Part shown: positions 1-12,559 of the stretch, in pieces | How the letters are laid out: every line of letters starts with the position of its first letter | How positions within the stretch are numbered: the first letter of the stretch is position 1 | Source of the DNA: Anthoceros angustus | Lineage: Eukaryota > Plantae > Anthocerotophyta | DNA: 64,000 nt | Reading direction: 5' to 3' | Assembly: GCA_010909165.1 (NCBI GenBank) | Contig: MU008176.1 | Coordinates: 488,856-552,855 of the forward strand | Position numbers and translations under genes: made by a program | Notes under the pieces: generated by a model | What the model was told of the DNA's origin: nothing | The model's database searches: none | The model's input: the letters and a program-made list of their open reading frames with translations, nothing else

Positions 1-683
1 CCAGTCACATGCGTGTGAAGGAGGCATTGTCCAGAATCCTTGATTTGGTGAGATACATAGTTACAACGATTCAGGAGGATAAGGACATACAAGTCCAGGA
101 GCTTGCACATCCAGAATTTAGTCGCTGTAACATACACAAGCTAATGGTAGATCACCCACTGCTGGTGTTAGATGATCAGGCGGCTGCAGAGGCAGGCTTG
201 GAATACTCGCCAAAATCGCAGTAAATCACAAAATTTCCATAATTCTGCACGATCGCTTGGAACAAAATAGCAGGCTAGAGAAGTTTAGAGCACGAGAACT
301 GCAACATCGGGAGGATTCATGCGCATGACTTACCCTCAGTCTGCAATGGAGTCCATCCCCCAGAGAAAGTTGGGGCTACCGTCTGGCGCAAACCGGCCAT
401 CAGTCTTCATAGTTGCGTACCAACCACTTCCTTTCCCATTCGTCTGAGGTTGTGCTTTCACTGAAGTGAGCATGCGGCAGGTTGCGAGTGCCTGTAGCAG
501 CAGCACAAGCCCAGTTTGAGCAGCTATAGGCCTGTTGTGAGCCATGGAGCTTGTGGAAGGTGAAAGGGGTATCTGTCTCTCTCCGTCTTCACGTCTTGTT
601 CATAGTGCACCGAGATTGAGAACGGAGAACCCCATGTCCTGCGACTCATAAGCTTTGGGGTCTTGTATGGCATATGCTATCCT

Positions 684-759
684 ATCTGACGTTGATATCA
701 AAGATACTCACACCAGGTGGCATCTGACGTTGATATCAAAGATCCTCACACCAGGTGGC
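684..759. repeat. 38-bp tandem duplication (2 copies)
   Basis: atctgacgttgatatcaaagat(a/c)ctcacaccaggtggc at 684-721 and 722-759, one mismatch. Confidence 0.9.
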
Positions 760-2297
760 AATGGGACATTCCATTATTTTGGGCCTTCAAGTTGGCTGTG
801 AATGAGCCTGCAGGCAGCATAGCTGCTGCTTTCACACTTGCAACCTTTCACAGTCATGCTGCCGAGCTGGTCCTTCTCATCTTCTCGAGGTTCAAAAGCC
901 ATGGATATTGCTGCAGGCTGTGTCGGTGATGCCCACATACTGATGACCGAGAAGGACACACTGCATCGCTTCCTTGTGACACCAACAGGTGGTAGGTACT
1001 CTGGAACGGAACGTTACAGAAAAGGTTCCAAGGGACGCGGACACGGACCATGATGCTCACGGCGCCATGGGACGGCGAGTACTGTTGGGTGGACAGTTCT
1101 TGGGGTAACGGTACCGTCTGTGAAGGGCCTCGCAAACTGTCATACCTACCCACCTTCGTCCAGTACAGCATTTTTAAACTAGCATCGTTTTCTGCAGCTC
1201 TGCAGATTCAGAGAGGAGAACCATGTGCACCTAGGTGCTTAGGGAGCGTTACATGTAAGGCCTTGTTTTCGTCAGAACTGGATCGGATTCCTCACACTCC
1301 TCCCTCCTTGTACTTAATTTTGTCAGCACCAAATCTTGGGAAAGCAACCAGAAACAAATCCGCCTTTACCACAACCCTCCTTGAAGCAGATCTGCGCAGA
1401 TGTAAGCGAGCAAAATCTTCAGCCTTCATATGTTCACTATCGAGCTCGCTTCTTCTGTTTGTTTGTCTCATATCAGCCCCCAGCCTAATTCAGCCACCAG
1501 CGTACTGACTGTAATCCTGCATTTGCCATATTACCAGAAAACTATAATCATTTCTTGAAAGAGGCACAGAAATCTTTCGGAAACAGCTCCCCCGAGATTT
1601 ACTGTACTCCGTTTCCGGATCTTGCTAAGCTTTCTGTTTTGAGTTTGTGCCACTAAGAGGCGCGGCATCTCTCTCCTTGCTTCCTTATGCTATTTCTTAG
1701 AAGCGAGAGTTGAGAGGAGACAGTCCTGTAGCTTCACCACGTTGATCACAAGGCTGGCACGATTCGTGCAGCCTGTAAAGAATGGATCTTATAAGCCGCG
1801 AGGTGTTTAGGCGCGAAAGCATTCTAAACGCTACGGCCGAAAGACCGAGATTGTCTGGTAGGGACAACGCCCTTCATGGCCACTGACAACAACAAGCGCC
1901 TTTTCCGAGTTCTCCAGCAGCAACGAGTGAGTCAGATGGTGTCTGCTAATTTCCCCGATCTGCAAATTCCAGCGCGCTGCACAAGGCGTGGGAGTCGCGT
2001 TGGAGCAAGGTTTTACTTCGGGCCGAGCTTTTGCGCCGAAACCACAAGATTTGGCGGCCTGTAGTTTTCATGTGTGCTTCACCGACCAAGGGCCCCTGTG
2101 ACGTCTTTCCTCCCTCGGCCCGCTCTAGTAAGGATCTGCGCTGTTAGCAAGTTCTGGGAACAGAGTTGGCAATGTAAGGTGTTTGTCCTTCCTTGAGCGG
2201 GCCTTGGCTGTATCTTGGTTTGGAGTCCGCCAGTATGTAGACCAAGACTGACATTGTAGAGCAGGAGCTTGATGAGAGTTTTTCTAGGCGTTCTAGG

Positions 2298-3659
2298 ATG
2301 TGGTGGATCCCCGTGAGGAAAATTCGGGACGGAGGTTGCAGGGAAGTGGTGGTTGCTGGCGGGGGGCAACCTAAGCCTGCGCTTGGACAGCTGAGTTCTT
2401 GCTGGATTTGTTGGATGCTCCTTAGGTCCACGAGGATAAAGTTGCTTTTTATGAGCGCGCTGCTGGTCATCTCCTTCCTAGCCTTCTTTCCTCGGGCTTT
2501 TCTGACAACGCTCTCGGGGAGTCCCACGATTCCTCAGGCTAGGTTTCGTAATGTGACTTTGGATTCCGCGCTGTATGAGAGTTTGTACAGGTTCGCCTCA
2601 GTTGATGCGTATAGTGAGAAGGTTGAAAACCCAATCATAGCTAGGTTGCTGGATACAGAAGTCGGTCCTGATGGGATATTGATCGGGAAACACCAGAAGG
2701 AACAAGGCAAGAGGATAGCAAGCTTTCAGCTTGGCGAACGTTGGGAGTACAGCCGGCGTGGAAAGGAGAAGTATGAGAGACGGCATTGGATAAGGCCAGA
2801 GAGGTGGGAAGTTGAGCTTAGCAGGTTGAAGTACGGGCCCTATTGGCCAAAATTTTTGCAGATGTTGCGGGCATGGTCTTCTGCCAGGAAGTATGACCCT
2901 CAGGTCATGGTACGCTTGATGGATATGGTCGGAAAGCCACTCAGAAGATTTGGCATTTCGGAAGAAAATCATCTGTATGGGAAATGTGCGGTGGTGGGAA
3001 ATAGTGGAACTCTTCTTTCAAAGGAGTATGGGAAGTTCATAGATTCACATGACATGGTCATCCGGATAAATGGTGCGAGCACAAACACCTTCGAGCGCCA
3101 TGTAGGCTCAAAGACCACACTCGCCTTCATAAACAGTAACGTTCTCCGGGTGTACTCACGGGTGCGAGGGCAGTGTAGGTACCCCTATGGAGGGCACGTT
3201 CCAGTTCTTGCATATATGTGCCAAGCTGCGCATCTCATGGACGTGGCTTACTGTCAAGGGGTGCAACCAGAAACTCCTTTGCTCGTCACTGACCCAAGCT
3301 TGGACATACTGTGTGGGAGGATAGCAAAGTGGTATTCCGTCCAGGATTTTGTCTTAAGTGGTGGCAACATCAGTCGGTGGCAATCGAAGCATGGCGGAAC
3401 GCTGTTTCACCACTCCTCAGGGATGCAGGCCGTTGTTCTTGCCTTGGGAGTATGTGAAGAAGTGCACCTCTTTGGTTTTGGTAAAGTTGCAGGTGTGAAG
3501 CATCACTATCACAGCCAGCAGAAGGGCGAGCACTCCATTCATGACTACGAAGCAGAATACCTTTTCTATGATGATCTGGAAAACAACAGGACGGCTAACA
3601 TAGCCTTCTTGAATGAGGTTACTGGATTTAATGTTCCAACTGTCCGCATGTATCACTGA
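2298..3659 (+). CDS. GALT29A: GT29 (sialyltransferase-like) glycosyltransferase, GALT29A-type beta-1,6-galactosyltransferase; single exon, 453 aa
   Basis: N-terminal TM helix. Sialylmotif L (CAVVGNSGTLLSKEYGKFIDSHDMVIRIN), motif S (SSGMQAVVLALGVCEEVHLFGFG), HHY and HDYEAEY motifs. The VGSKT-FINSN and PLLVTDP segments match the GALT29A clade rather than SIA1/MGP2. Confidence 0.92.
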   Translation: MWWIPVRKIRDGGCREVVVAGGGQPKPALGQLSSCWICWMLLRSTRIKLLFMSALLVISFLAFFPRAFLTTLSGSPTIPQARFRNVTLDSALYESLYRFASVDAYSEKVENPIIARLLDTEVGPDGILIGKHQKEQGKRIASFQLGERWEYSRRGKEKYERRHWIRPERWEVELSRLKYGPYWPKFLQMLRAWSSARKYDPQVMVRLMDMVGKPLRRFGISEENHLYGKCAVVGNSGTLLSKEYGKFIDSHDMVIRINGASTNTFERHVGSKTTLAFINSNVLRVYSRVRGQCRYPYGGHVPVLAYMCQAAHLMDVAYCQGVQPETPLLVTDPSLDILCGRIAKWYSVQDFVLSGGNISRWQSKHGGTLFHHSSGMQAVVLALGVCEEVHLFGFGKVAGVKHHYHSQQKGEHSIHDYEAEYLFYDDLENNRTANIAFLNEVTGFNVPTVRMYH

Positions 3660-5236
3660 TCGTGAATGCGATCTCATTCGCCTATGCGAAGCTTAGGCGT
3701 GCAATTCTTTGCTCCTTGGCAACGTCAAGCTGCCAACTACATTTTGCGCCACTGGACATCAAAAAAAGCAGCCAAGTTGGTGGATTGTGCGATGCTAGCA
3801 GGTTTAGGGTTCAGGGTGCAGATTAGGTCACTGATTCGTTGAACAGGAAAAGCAGTCCAGAGGTACTTCCTGTTGTAGTTTTCTCAAGGCTTACAGAGAA
3901 AGCATGCAGGAGCAGGTGATCACAGTGCTCTCAAACCTTTTGATGTCATTTAGTTCAGGCCGCAGGTTATTGTTTAGTCCGTCAAGGGAATCGGGCTCCG
4001 CTTTTTCGAATCCTTTCGCTTCCACTTGTTCCAGAGGACACAACCAAAACAAATCACACACCATATGACCTCATAACAATAAGATGGTCCTGATTGGACA
4101 CAGAGCTTATTAGTTTCTCCTGAAGTCTCGTGAGAGCGGTGGCGACATAGTCTCTGTTCAGGTGCGGACACAGGACCCCTCCAAGCGATCATGCCTGGTA
4201 AGGAGAGGAATCTCAGGACAACCAATAGTCCGGCTTCCTTTTGCACTCCAATCACGCCACAACCCACCACCACATGTTGGTTTATCCTATCCTTTGAAGA
4301 AGGGAAAGCTCGACATTTCAAAACCATTTGTGCGGGAGTGACGGCAATGATGTTCTAGCAGCAGCTTGTCCTTCTGCTGCTGCGTCGCTTCCCCTCTCCA
4401 GGTAGGCAACATCATCACTTCTCACAACCACGATGCTCTACATTGTGGTCAGCGTGCTCTCTTTTTGCGTCATGATCCTCCAACATATGGCTACGCAGCT
4501 TATCCAAGTGCTGGTGATCACGATGGCGGTAACTGCCCTAGGCACTTAGGACAACTTCTGCTTACAGGAGCCTACCAAACTACCTTGGAACACAAACGTG
4601 ATCTGTGGAAAATGCGGTGAATTGCTGCTTCTTGCACTAGCTCGTTGCAGAATCCACAAATGGAGGACATGATGGAGGTAGCTCACACCGAATATATGCT
4701 TAGATTCACCATGCAAGTCTCTATTTGTCTTGACACCCAATGTGTTTTGTTTGCTTGTTTCAAGTTGCACAATGCCGCTCAGAATATGTACCGTAAGAAC
4801 GGGTCCAATGTCCAATGAATATTCTCACCATGATTTTGGACATGCTGTTTTGTGGTAATGTAGTTTAGAAGCAATGTGGGGGACCACATCTTCTCCTTGG
4901 CCTTTTGGGGAGTTTGGCATGTGGGCTAAAATTGGAAACACACGCCTCCTTGGTCCCACATCCTCCATCCTATGCTTCAGCTGCATTTTTAGCTGGGCCA
5001 AATGAGATCTCACAATACTGCAAAGTAATACCACCTTATGTGTGCAAGGTTCTTAAGCATACGATTTTAATATTAATATTTATACAATTTAATATATATA
5101 TAGTAAGTATCTGATCTTCTATTTAAAATAAATTCAAAAATCTTCATAGTCTATTTTTTAGGTTACTGTGAGTTCAACACGTGTGGACTTGAAGCTTATC
5201 ATTTAAAAATTTAGTTTATTATATTAATTATAAAAG

Positions 5237-7350
5237 ATGGGAGAAAATGACTCTTCGAAGGATGAAAAGAAAGATGACAAACGCTCTGAAACTTCAAAGA
5301 ATTCTTCTTCTTCTTCTGAAGTAAGAAGATTATCTAAAGAAACAAAAAGTATAGTATCGGAGGTTATCAAATCTGAGGAGGTGAAACTAAAGGCTAAAGA
5401 GGAGTTGCAAAATGCGAAGGAATCGGCGGAAGCAACAGATAGCAAAACTTTGCTTGAGAGAACGAAAAAGGCCAATCATTATTTGTATTTGGAGAATTGT
5501 GTCCTTTCTGACCATCTCACAGTAAGAATAAGATCTAACAAAAATCAGCTACCTTTTTGAGAATCTAATAACAACCATCTAACCATGAATTGATGTCTGC
5601 ATGTCATATATTTCGATGCTAGAGAATAATGGCGAATTGCACAGGACACCCAATCCCGAAACAATTAGAAGCTCTGAAAGAACAAACAGATGAGGACTCC
5701 GAGGATACAGATTCTACAGCTGAGAAGAGTAGAGATGGAACATCTTATTCAGGGAAAAGTAGAATTTGGCCAAAATCGTCTGATTATAGTCCTGCAGATA
5801 GTTTTTCAAAGCCAAACATAACTTTCAAAAAAATTGATAAACAATCTAGCTCTGGCAGTAGAAGCAAAGGATATCAAAGTAGCTTACGAAGCAGCATTAA
5901 TCAAAGATTAGATCCACAACGACCACTAGATTCTGAAGAAAAATGTGATATAGTCAATAGTGAGATCAAATTATTAAAGCTATCTATGAAAGAATGTCGA
6001 GCTAACAGTGAAAGGATTTTAGATGATATCAAGGCTATGTATAACGAGACATGCATGAAGTTAGGGGAGGCAAGTAGAGACAGATCGGACTTTTATAGAG
6101 AAGTATGGTGCCCGGCCAAAAGAAACCCATCAGGCAAAGCATGTGCAGAAGTTGTTTTGAAGTAATGTTTGCTTTTTAAGTTAATTTGTACATGCTCTAT
6201 GCCATTTAAGAAAAATTTACCCAATTAAATTCTTAAATTGGTACCTCAGGTTTTTTGATGATAAGATGAAAAATAAAAGTTTGCAAATACAAAAGATTAA
6301 AGAACAAAATAATATAGCTCAACTTAATATTTTAAATATTGAAGAACAAGTGAAGAATAAAAAGGAACTAAGTGATGTTCTACATGCTGTTGATTTTGAT
6401 CGATTCACCATTCAAAACCAACAATTACATTACAATTACAACGCTAAATCACGGGAATATCGAAAACTAAAGTCTAATTATTTGAAAGCCTCAAGAGTAT
6501 GTAGTTATTCATCATGTCATAGAATAAATCTAATGTGTGCTATATTCTTATCCTTATATAGCATGTTGCATGATGAACATCTAATGACAAATATTGAAAA
6601 ACAAAAATATCTTTGCAGGCAATGGCTAGTACAAGAAGCCAACTGTCATATGTGGATTATCAAAATTGGAACGTAAATGATTCGTTGTCTAAGCATAGAC
6701 CTCATTTGCAACATATCATCCGTGAGGTTTCCGTGTCTGCTTCTAAAAAGGTCTATCTAAACTAACCTTAATCTTTTGATTCATAAAATATTATAGAATA
6801 TACACTCATACATATCTTATGAGCAGAAATTCCTAATCGATGACCTTCATATGCTGGCTGTCCAAGAGATACATGGAGCTGGTCAACCAAATGGTTTGGA
6901 ATACATGCAAATACGTATAAAAGCTACACAATTGCAAAAGGACTATACAGATTGGAAACGCAAGGTAAAGTCACTAAATTATGACTACATCTGTGTCAAA
7001 GTATCATTTTTTATTATAGTAGATGCATATAAGTTTAGCTTAGAAAATGGAACCTAACTGCACTTTCCTTTTACATGCATGTTTTCCACATATGTAATAT
7101 ATTTATCAATGGCATCATATTCAATCCATCAATATAAATCTTTTAATTACATATTTTTTAAAATAGTAACATTTATTTAACAATCTCCTTTCTTATATGG
7201 ATATAGGGTGACTAGGATATATGTCTTTATAACTTACAAAAAAATAACTTCATAAAGGTGGAGCTTGCTGAGCTTACAGCGCATGAGCTGGACCATAAAG
7301 TCCGAAAAGTCCAAGGATTCCAAACATCTAAAACATTGACATGTGAATAA
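5237..7350 (+). CDS. CCDC113: CCDC113/CFAP263-like flagellar coiled-coil protein; 6 exons (5237-5521, 5623-6161, 6250-6496, 6619-6750, 6827-6964, 7258-7350)
   Basis: All introns GT-AG and in phase. Motifs EKCDIVNSEI, NPSGKACAEVVLKFFDDK, DVLHAVDFDRFTIQNQQ and QLQKDYTDWKRKVELAEL match the CCDC113/DUF4201 family. Confidence 0.85.
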
Positions 7351-8399
7351 AAGAAGTTCTATAATTAAATTCTACATTTCTATAAATTGTATGAAGCATT
7401 ATTTTGGCTATTTTGAAGTTATTACTTTATGTTCTAGACACCAACCATGATATAAGATGGAATTTGATATGGTTGAGTTGATCGAGAGCCGTCTCCAATC
7501 TATGTCCATGGAGTAAATCAACCAGAGGTAGCATTGTAGCAATGCGCTTTTTAGTTTCAGTTGAATGTAAAGTAATGGCTTTGGATCAAGCGCGGTCCTA
7601 CCTACGAGCACATGATATCTCAGGACAAGAGAACTCCAACATCCCTGCAACAACTAGCAAGCAACAACTAGTAATTCTACTAGCAGAGATGAGCGCGGTT
7701 GAACACATTTCAAGAGGTGCTTTAGAAGGCCATTTTGGAATCTGGACAGTCAGGGCAGAAGACCGTGCTTCCGAGGTGCGACGCATAGTTCTTGCCCAAA
7801 ACAAACCTGAACAAACAACCATGAGTCAGACATGGCAAATGCAAAAAGTGCCGGTGCATTGTGAATGGCATGGTTGAGCTGGCTATCATGTGCTAATGAT
7901 CTCGGTGTGGGCTTGGAAATAAAGACTACCTACCTGCACACGCCAAATGTTGGAGAGTGAAGGTGCTAATGCTCTCAAGACATGGCCGCCTTAAATGCAC
8001 ACTACATCCTTTGTAGACTACCAGCCTCAAGATTAGTGGGCGGAAGGACCACTTCCCTCTAAGTTTATTGGAACTCTACAATCTAGCCTCCTTAGGACAA
8101 AGAAGTACTAAGATGGAGTTCCACCCATCTCTTGTTTTATGGCCTCAGGGGGCCGCCTAAAAGAAATTGTGTCCTCGTCCTTGCAGTGTGCGGGGTCACC
8201 TGCTGTAAGAGCCCTATGAGGCTACCTTTGAAACTAACCTTTGAGTGGGACTTTCTTGTGCCGAGATTTCAATGTCAACTAGTTGAGAAACCCTTATGCG
8301 GGGCTTTCTTGTGCGGGGCTCTCAATGTAAATTGATATATCTATAAAGTCTTCGAAATCGCTTAAAAGAAAAATGTTGTAGTTTCGAGTCACACTTGTA

Positions 8400-9330
8400 A
8401 GTAATGTAAATGTTACATCATACATTATGTGCAAACAAACATGATAAAAATAAGATCATGTTGTGCAAGTGATATGGTTTTGCCTACCTAAACATGTGCT
8501 AAAGATTGCATTGAGATTGATTACTAAGAAATTCATGTTTAAAATTAAAATTTTAGTTGAACAGGAAAAATTAGTTGCTGCAATCAAAAGGGTGTGAGGT
8601 TGGATACTTGCATAAGCGATATATGTAGAAGAGTGTACATCCATAAGTATGTACTAGTATTGACTAAATTGTTGAAGAACGTTCTCCGAGGTGAAAATAC
8701 TGTTTGTATTGGTCTTGCTTGTCTCGTGGTATAGTAAGTTCATGACATAAGTTCCCAGAATATATATCCAATAGTTTTGAGTTGAACTTGTGTGGCACTA
8801 TTAGTCTAGGATGGTTAGCAATCTTACTAGTTTCATAATGGCATGACCGCATGAATGATTTATTAATTAAACATAAGTGTATGAAAGATACAAACTATAA
8901 CCTTTTCGTGGTCATAAACCATTGACCAACAAGTCTTCTGAATGTGGGCCATCTGGAAAAACAAAAGTTGCGTGACTTTGTTTACTGAAGTAGTGGAGCT
9001 GTATTCAATGTACAGAGATGAAAACCTAAACAAAAGTTGCGTGACTTTGTTTACAGAAGTAGTGGAGCTGTATTCAATGTACAGAGATGAAAGCCTGAGA
9101 AAGACAATGTGGAGGAAGATAGGGATAGCCCCATCTATCCTAGAAGAGTGTGGAGCCCAAGGTTACCGGGAATTGGAGAGCTATGCTCCATAAATATTGG
9201 ACAGAGAATATTTACCACTGATATGATATCTACACAGAAAGATTTGGTAGATAATAAGAATCTCAATATTATAGTTGAGATCTATAATGAGAATAAAATT
9301 TCACAATATGAGTACTAGAAATTCTAGCTT
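8400..9330 (+). mobile_element. Possible heavily decayed Ty3/Gypsy integrase-chromodomain remnant
   Basis: Stop-riddled frame near 9030-9145 (QKLR / K*WSCIQCTEMKA*ERQCGGR*G*PHLS) resembles the Tekay-type chromodomain end (KLR..KV.W......ATWE......YPHLF); AT-rich. Confidence 0.35.
8959..9096. repeat. 69-bp tandem duplication (2 copies)
   Basis: caaaagttgcgtgactttgtttac..tacagagatgaaa at 8962 and 9031; seen as a 23-aa repeat in ORF 8942-9193. Confidence 0.9.
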
Positions 9331-9481
9331 TTTCTTTTGCAAGGAAGCTTGTGAAGAGGTATGGCAAAGTGGAGCCGCTTAGTGAGTAGATGTGTGACGA
9401 CACCAAAGTGGTTTTCGATTGATTGATGATTGCGCCGTCAGAAGCATGGCAGCAAAACGATTGAGTGGCTGCCGCTTGCAT

Positions 9482-11330
9482 CTAGACTGATTTTGCAAGT
9501 TTCGAGAGAGGGAAGATCTTCTTGAGGTGCATCCAGCATGAGGGCTGAAAATTCAACTTGTCCTTGCGGGGCTGCCCCCCGGAGATGGGAGGCTGGGCTG
9601 GAGCCTCGCAGGCCTGAAAGAGAGTGAATGTGGAATGCTGCATGCTGCTTGGGCAGCAAACGCAAAGGGGCTCGGGAATCCATGCAGTGGGAGTGCACGG
9701 CTTTGGAATGGGGAAGTGGGAATTCATGGCAAAGGTGCCTCGATGTGCTCAAAATGTGTGTGGGAGTGAAGCGTACGAGTCATGGGCATGTGGAGGGACT
9801 GGACTCCGAGGGCCTGGGAGACCTCCCCGTTAACTCTTGCATGGTGGGTCAGGGTCAGGGTCAGGGTCAAGGCAAGCTGAGCTGAGCTGAGCCGTGCCTC
9901 GGGGCAGGCTGGACTCGGAGACGATCGTTTCCAGCAGCTGAAAAAGTTAGCCCTGGAGATCGGGGATTTCAATTCCATTTTCGAGAGAGTGGTCTCGGTG
10001 GGAAGAAGTCGCGGGATGGTGGCCAAAAATAAGAGGTCGAGGATGTGGGCCCTTGGGTTCGGATTGATGTCCATCTTCATGGCTTCACATGCCAGTGGGA
10101 GGTTGGAACTTGATGCCTTCTGCCCAGCCCGGGTGTGAGGTGCCAAGAGGTTTGCGTTTCTTTCACTTTACCTTGCCGATTTTTGTGACAATAATCTTCA
10201 CATGGGCAGCTGCAGGAACTGCACTTCCTGCAGCGGCTGCTGCAGAGATGTTGTTGCTGCAGCACTGTGCAGAGGCAGAAGCCAGGAGATTTATTTGAAG
10301 CCATGCGCATGCGCACTCCTGAGTGTCTGGTGTGTTCACGTGTCGTTCCGGATCTAGGGAAGGCGAAGAAGAATCCGGTTCCTTGGGCTGTACCTGCGAC
10401 GTACGATACAGGTAAAAGAAGAAGAAGAAGAGGAGGAGGAGGAAAGGAGAAGGAAGTAGGGAAGGTATTATCCTCCAGGATCCTTGCCTCCCTTTTGGTG
10501 TGGTGGGCACTGCGCATGCATGCTCATTTATGGGGGAGCCTCGGCCCCCTTGGGTTGTCCAATGGCAGCAAGTGTGCAGCCAGGAGGGGCATGTGCTTGG
10601 GAGCCCATGCTGTCCTGGGACCCGGAGGAAGAGTAAGGAGTAATTGTGTGGGGGCATTCCTAGCGCAAGTGTCTAGACTCTGTGTCTGAGAACGAGTGCA
10701 GAGGGCAGAGGGAATTGCCTTATCGCGCATGTCACCGTGCAGTGCGGATGCATACATCAGCTGCTGCGTGACGGTGGTGATGGAAGTACATACCCACATT
10801 CCTGCAGCTGTGCGCTGCGGTGTCCAATGTCCATGGTGTTGTCCAGTACTGGCACTACGCCTGGAGGGCCTGTCTTGTATCTGCAAAGGGTAAAGCAGTA
10901 GTGAATGCAGTATGGAGTGTAGCACAGAAGCAGGCAGGCAGCAGGCGGCGACAAGGGGACCGGGTGTGTGCAATGAAGCGCCGGCCAATGGAGAAGCAGG
11001 CCCAATTTCCAAAGGCAGCGGGGACACCGACTCCCGAGGGCGCTCGGACTGGAAGGGTGCAGAGCGGGCCCGCTTACCACGGGGCTCTGTCCTGTAGCCT
11101 TATGATTCTGGCCTGGCAGCAGGCAGCAGGCAGCAGGGAGCAGGGCAGGCAGGGCCCCTCCCCGTCTGGGATCCAGTGTCAGGAACCACAAAACGAGGAG
11201 CTGCAAGCAGCTGCAAGCAGCAACAGCATTGGAGCAACAGAAGGCCAAGCAGGGAAAAGAAGCAGAAGATGGTTAAACAATACGCATAAAGCCGATTGAA
11301 GAAGAAGAAGCAGAAGCAGAATAAGAAGGA
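9482..11330 (-). other. Unidentified, apparently spliced GC-rich locus (small protein or lncRNA)
   Basis: Canonical splice sites define candidate exons ending at 11078, 10880-10794, 10393-10172 and 9613-9482; these join in phase 0 without stops. No family recognised. Confidence 0.3.
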
Positions 11331-12559
11331 GGTGTCAGTAGACATGTCCTCATTCCCAATGGCCAAAGGCCCAAAGAGCAGAGACAAACCCTAACCCAAG
11401 TCCCACCTGCCCACAGCCCGCTCCCCTGTGACACTGTAACATTCCAGATAGCAACAAAAGTCTTGTCTAGTCATTTCTGGCAACATGGCTCCCTCCCTCC
11501 CCCACCTCGGACATGACATGGCTTCCATGCAAGTTGCAGGAAAAGGAGTTGGCCTCCGCTCGGCCTGGCCTGCAAACATCACCGGACGTGGACGGCCTTG
11601 ATCCGGCTGCCTCCAGCCTCACTTGGCCTTAAACAAATGTAATACGACACACTACACCACGCTGCCGCAGCTTTCAATTCATCTCCCTCCGGCACGCAGC
11701 TTTGCACAGCGAAGAGACCCCGCCGCTTGACCCCGGCTTGACCTGCCTTGACCCCCAACATCCCATCATCTCATGCCAGGATGCCAGGGTGCCAGGGTGC
11801 CAGGATGCCAGGCCAGCAGGCCAGCAGGCCAGCAGCGGAGGAGCCTCCAAGCCTGCGCTGCCGCTGCAGCCCGTGCGTGAATCGATGCAGAATGGAATCC
11901 ACATCATCGCATCCCATCCAATCCCATCCCCTTTCTTCCCCTGCCTTCGTCCCCCGTGGGGCCTGCAGCCTGCAGCCTGTCACCTGCACCCAGCACTGCT
12001 GCAGCCTGCACCCAACATCTCGCCCTCCCTAGTCCCACCTCGCATGCAACTTGCCGCCCTGGCCCTGGCCCTGGCCCTCGCCCAGCTTCCAACCCCACTT
12101 GTCTTAACCCTCCGGAGCCAGAATTATCTTAGCTGGCAAATCTAGGTCGGTTTCGGATTCTGTTTGGGCCCGGGCCCCCGCCCCGGCCCCGGCCCAATCC
12201 CTGCTTGTGCGAGAACGAAACCAGACTCCAGACAGGCCGGCGCGCATCCCGATTCGGGCCGCCTGCCTCGCCTCGGATGTCAAACTTCCAAAACGGAGTC
12301 ACAACAGGCACAGCCCACAGCCTGTCGAGTGTGGACCCCGTTACGCTTTTTTCGCATCGCCTCTTTTTCACACACATTCACGGGCCCACTTGCCCTTGTT
12401 TCCGTTTCCTCGACGAATACGAATATGCATTTCCGCAATCGCATGCAATTTTGCTGTGCCCCTTTGCCGCTTTGCCCCCTGCCCCCTCGGCCCCCTCGGC
12501 CCCTTAGCCTCGGGATTCCGATTCCTCCGACGCCCCGACGGACGCTCCGTGCCGTCCCT

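Noticed and set aside
336-545. 69-aa minus-strand ORF with a signal-peptide-like start and possible LRR-like debris downstream (1-240)
   Set aside because: In-frame stop precedes the only good donor, and downstream frames are broken; no family could be supported
4366-5050. Coding-like fragments between GALT29A and CCDC113
   Set aside because: Stops in all frames and no recognisable motif; possibly old TE debris, but unsupported
9888-9898. tgagccgtgcc, the miR171 core
   Set aside because: Only 11 nt match and no supporting hairpin or GRAS target context
10020-10060. DLLFLA peptide resembling the conserved VTC2/GGP uORF
   Set aside because: Flanking GGRGALPSEGG and GGG residues are absent and no GDP-L-galactose phosphorylase ORF follows
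12098-12120. miR390/TAS3-like site cttgtcttaaccctccggagcc
   Set aside because: Several mismatches plus a bulge, no second site and no tasiARF sequence nearby
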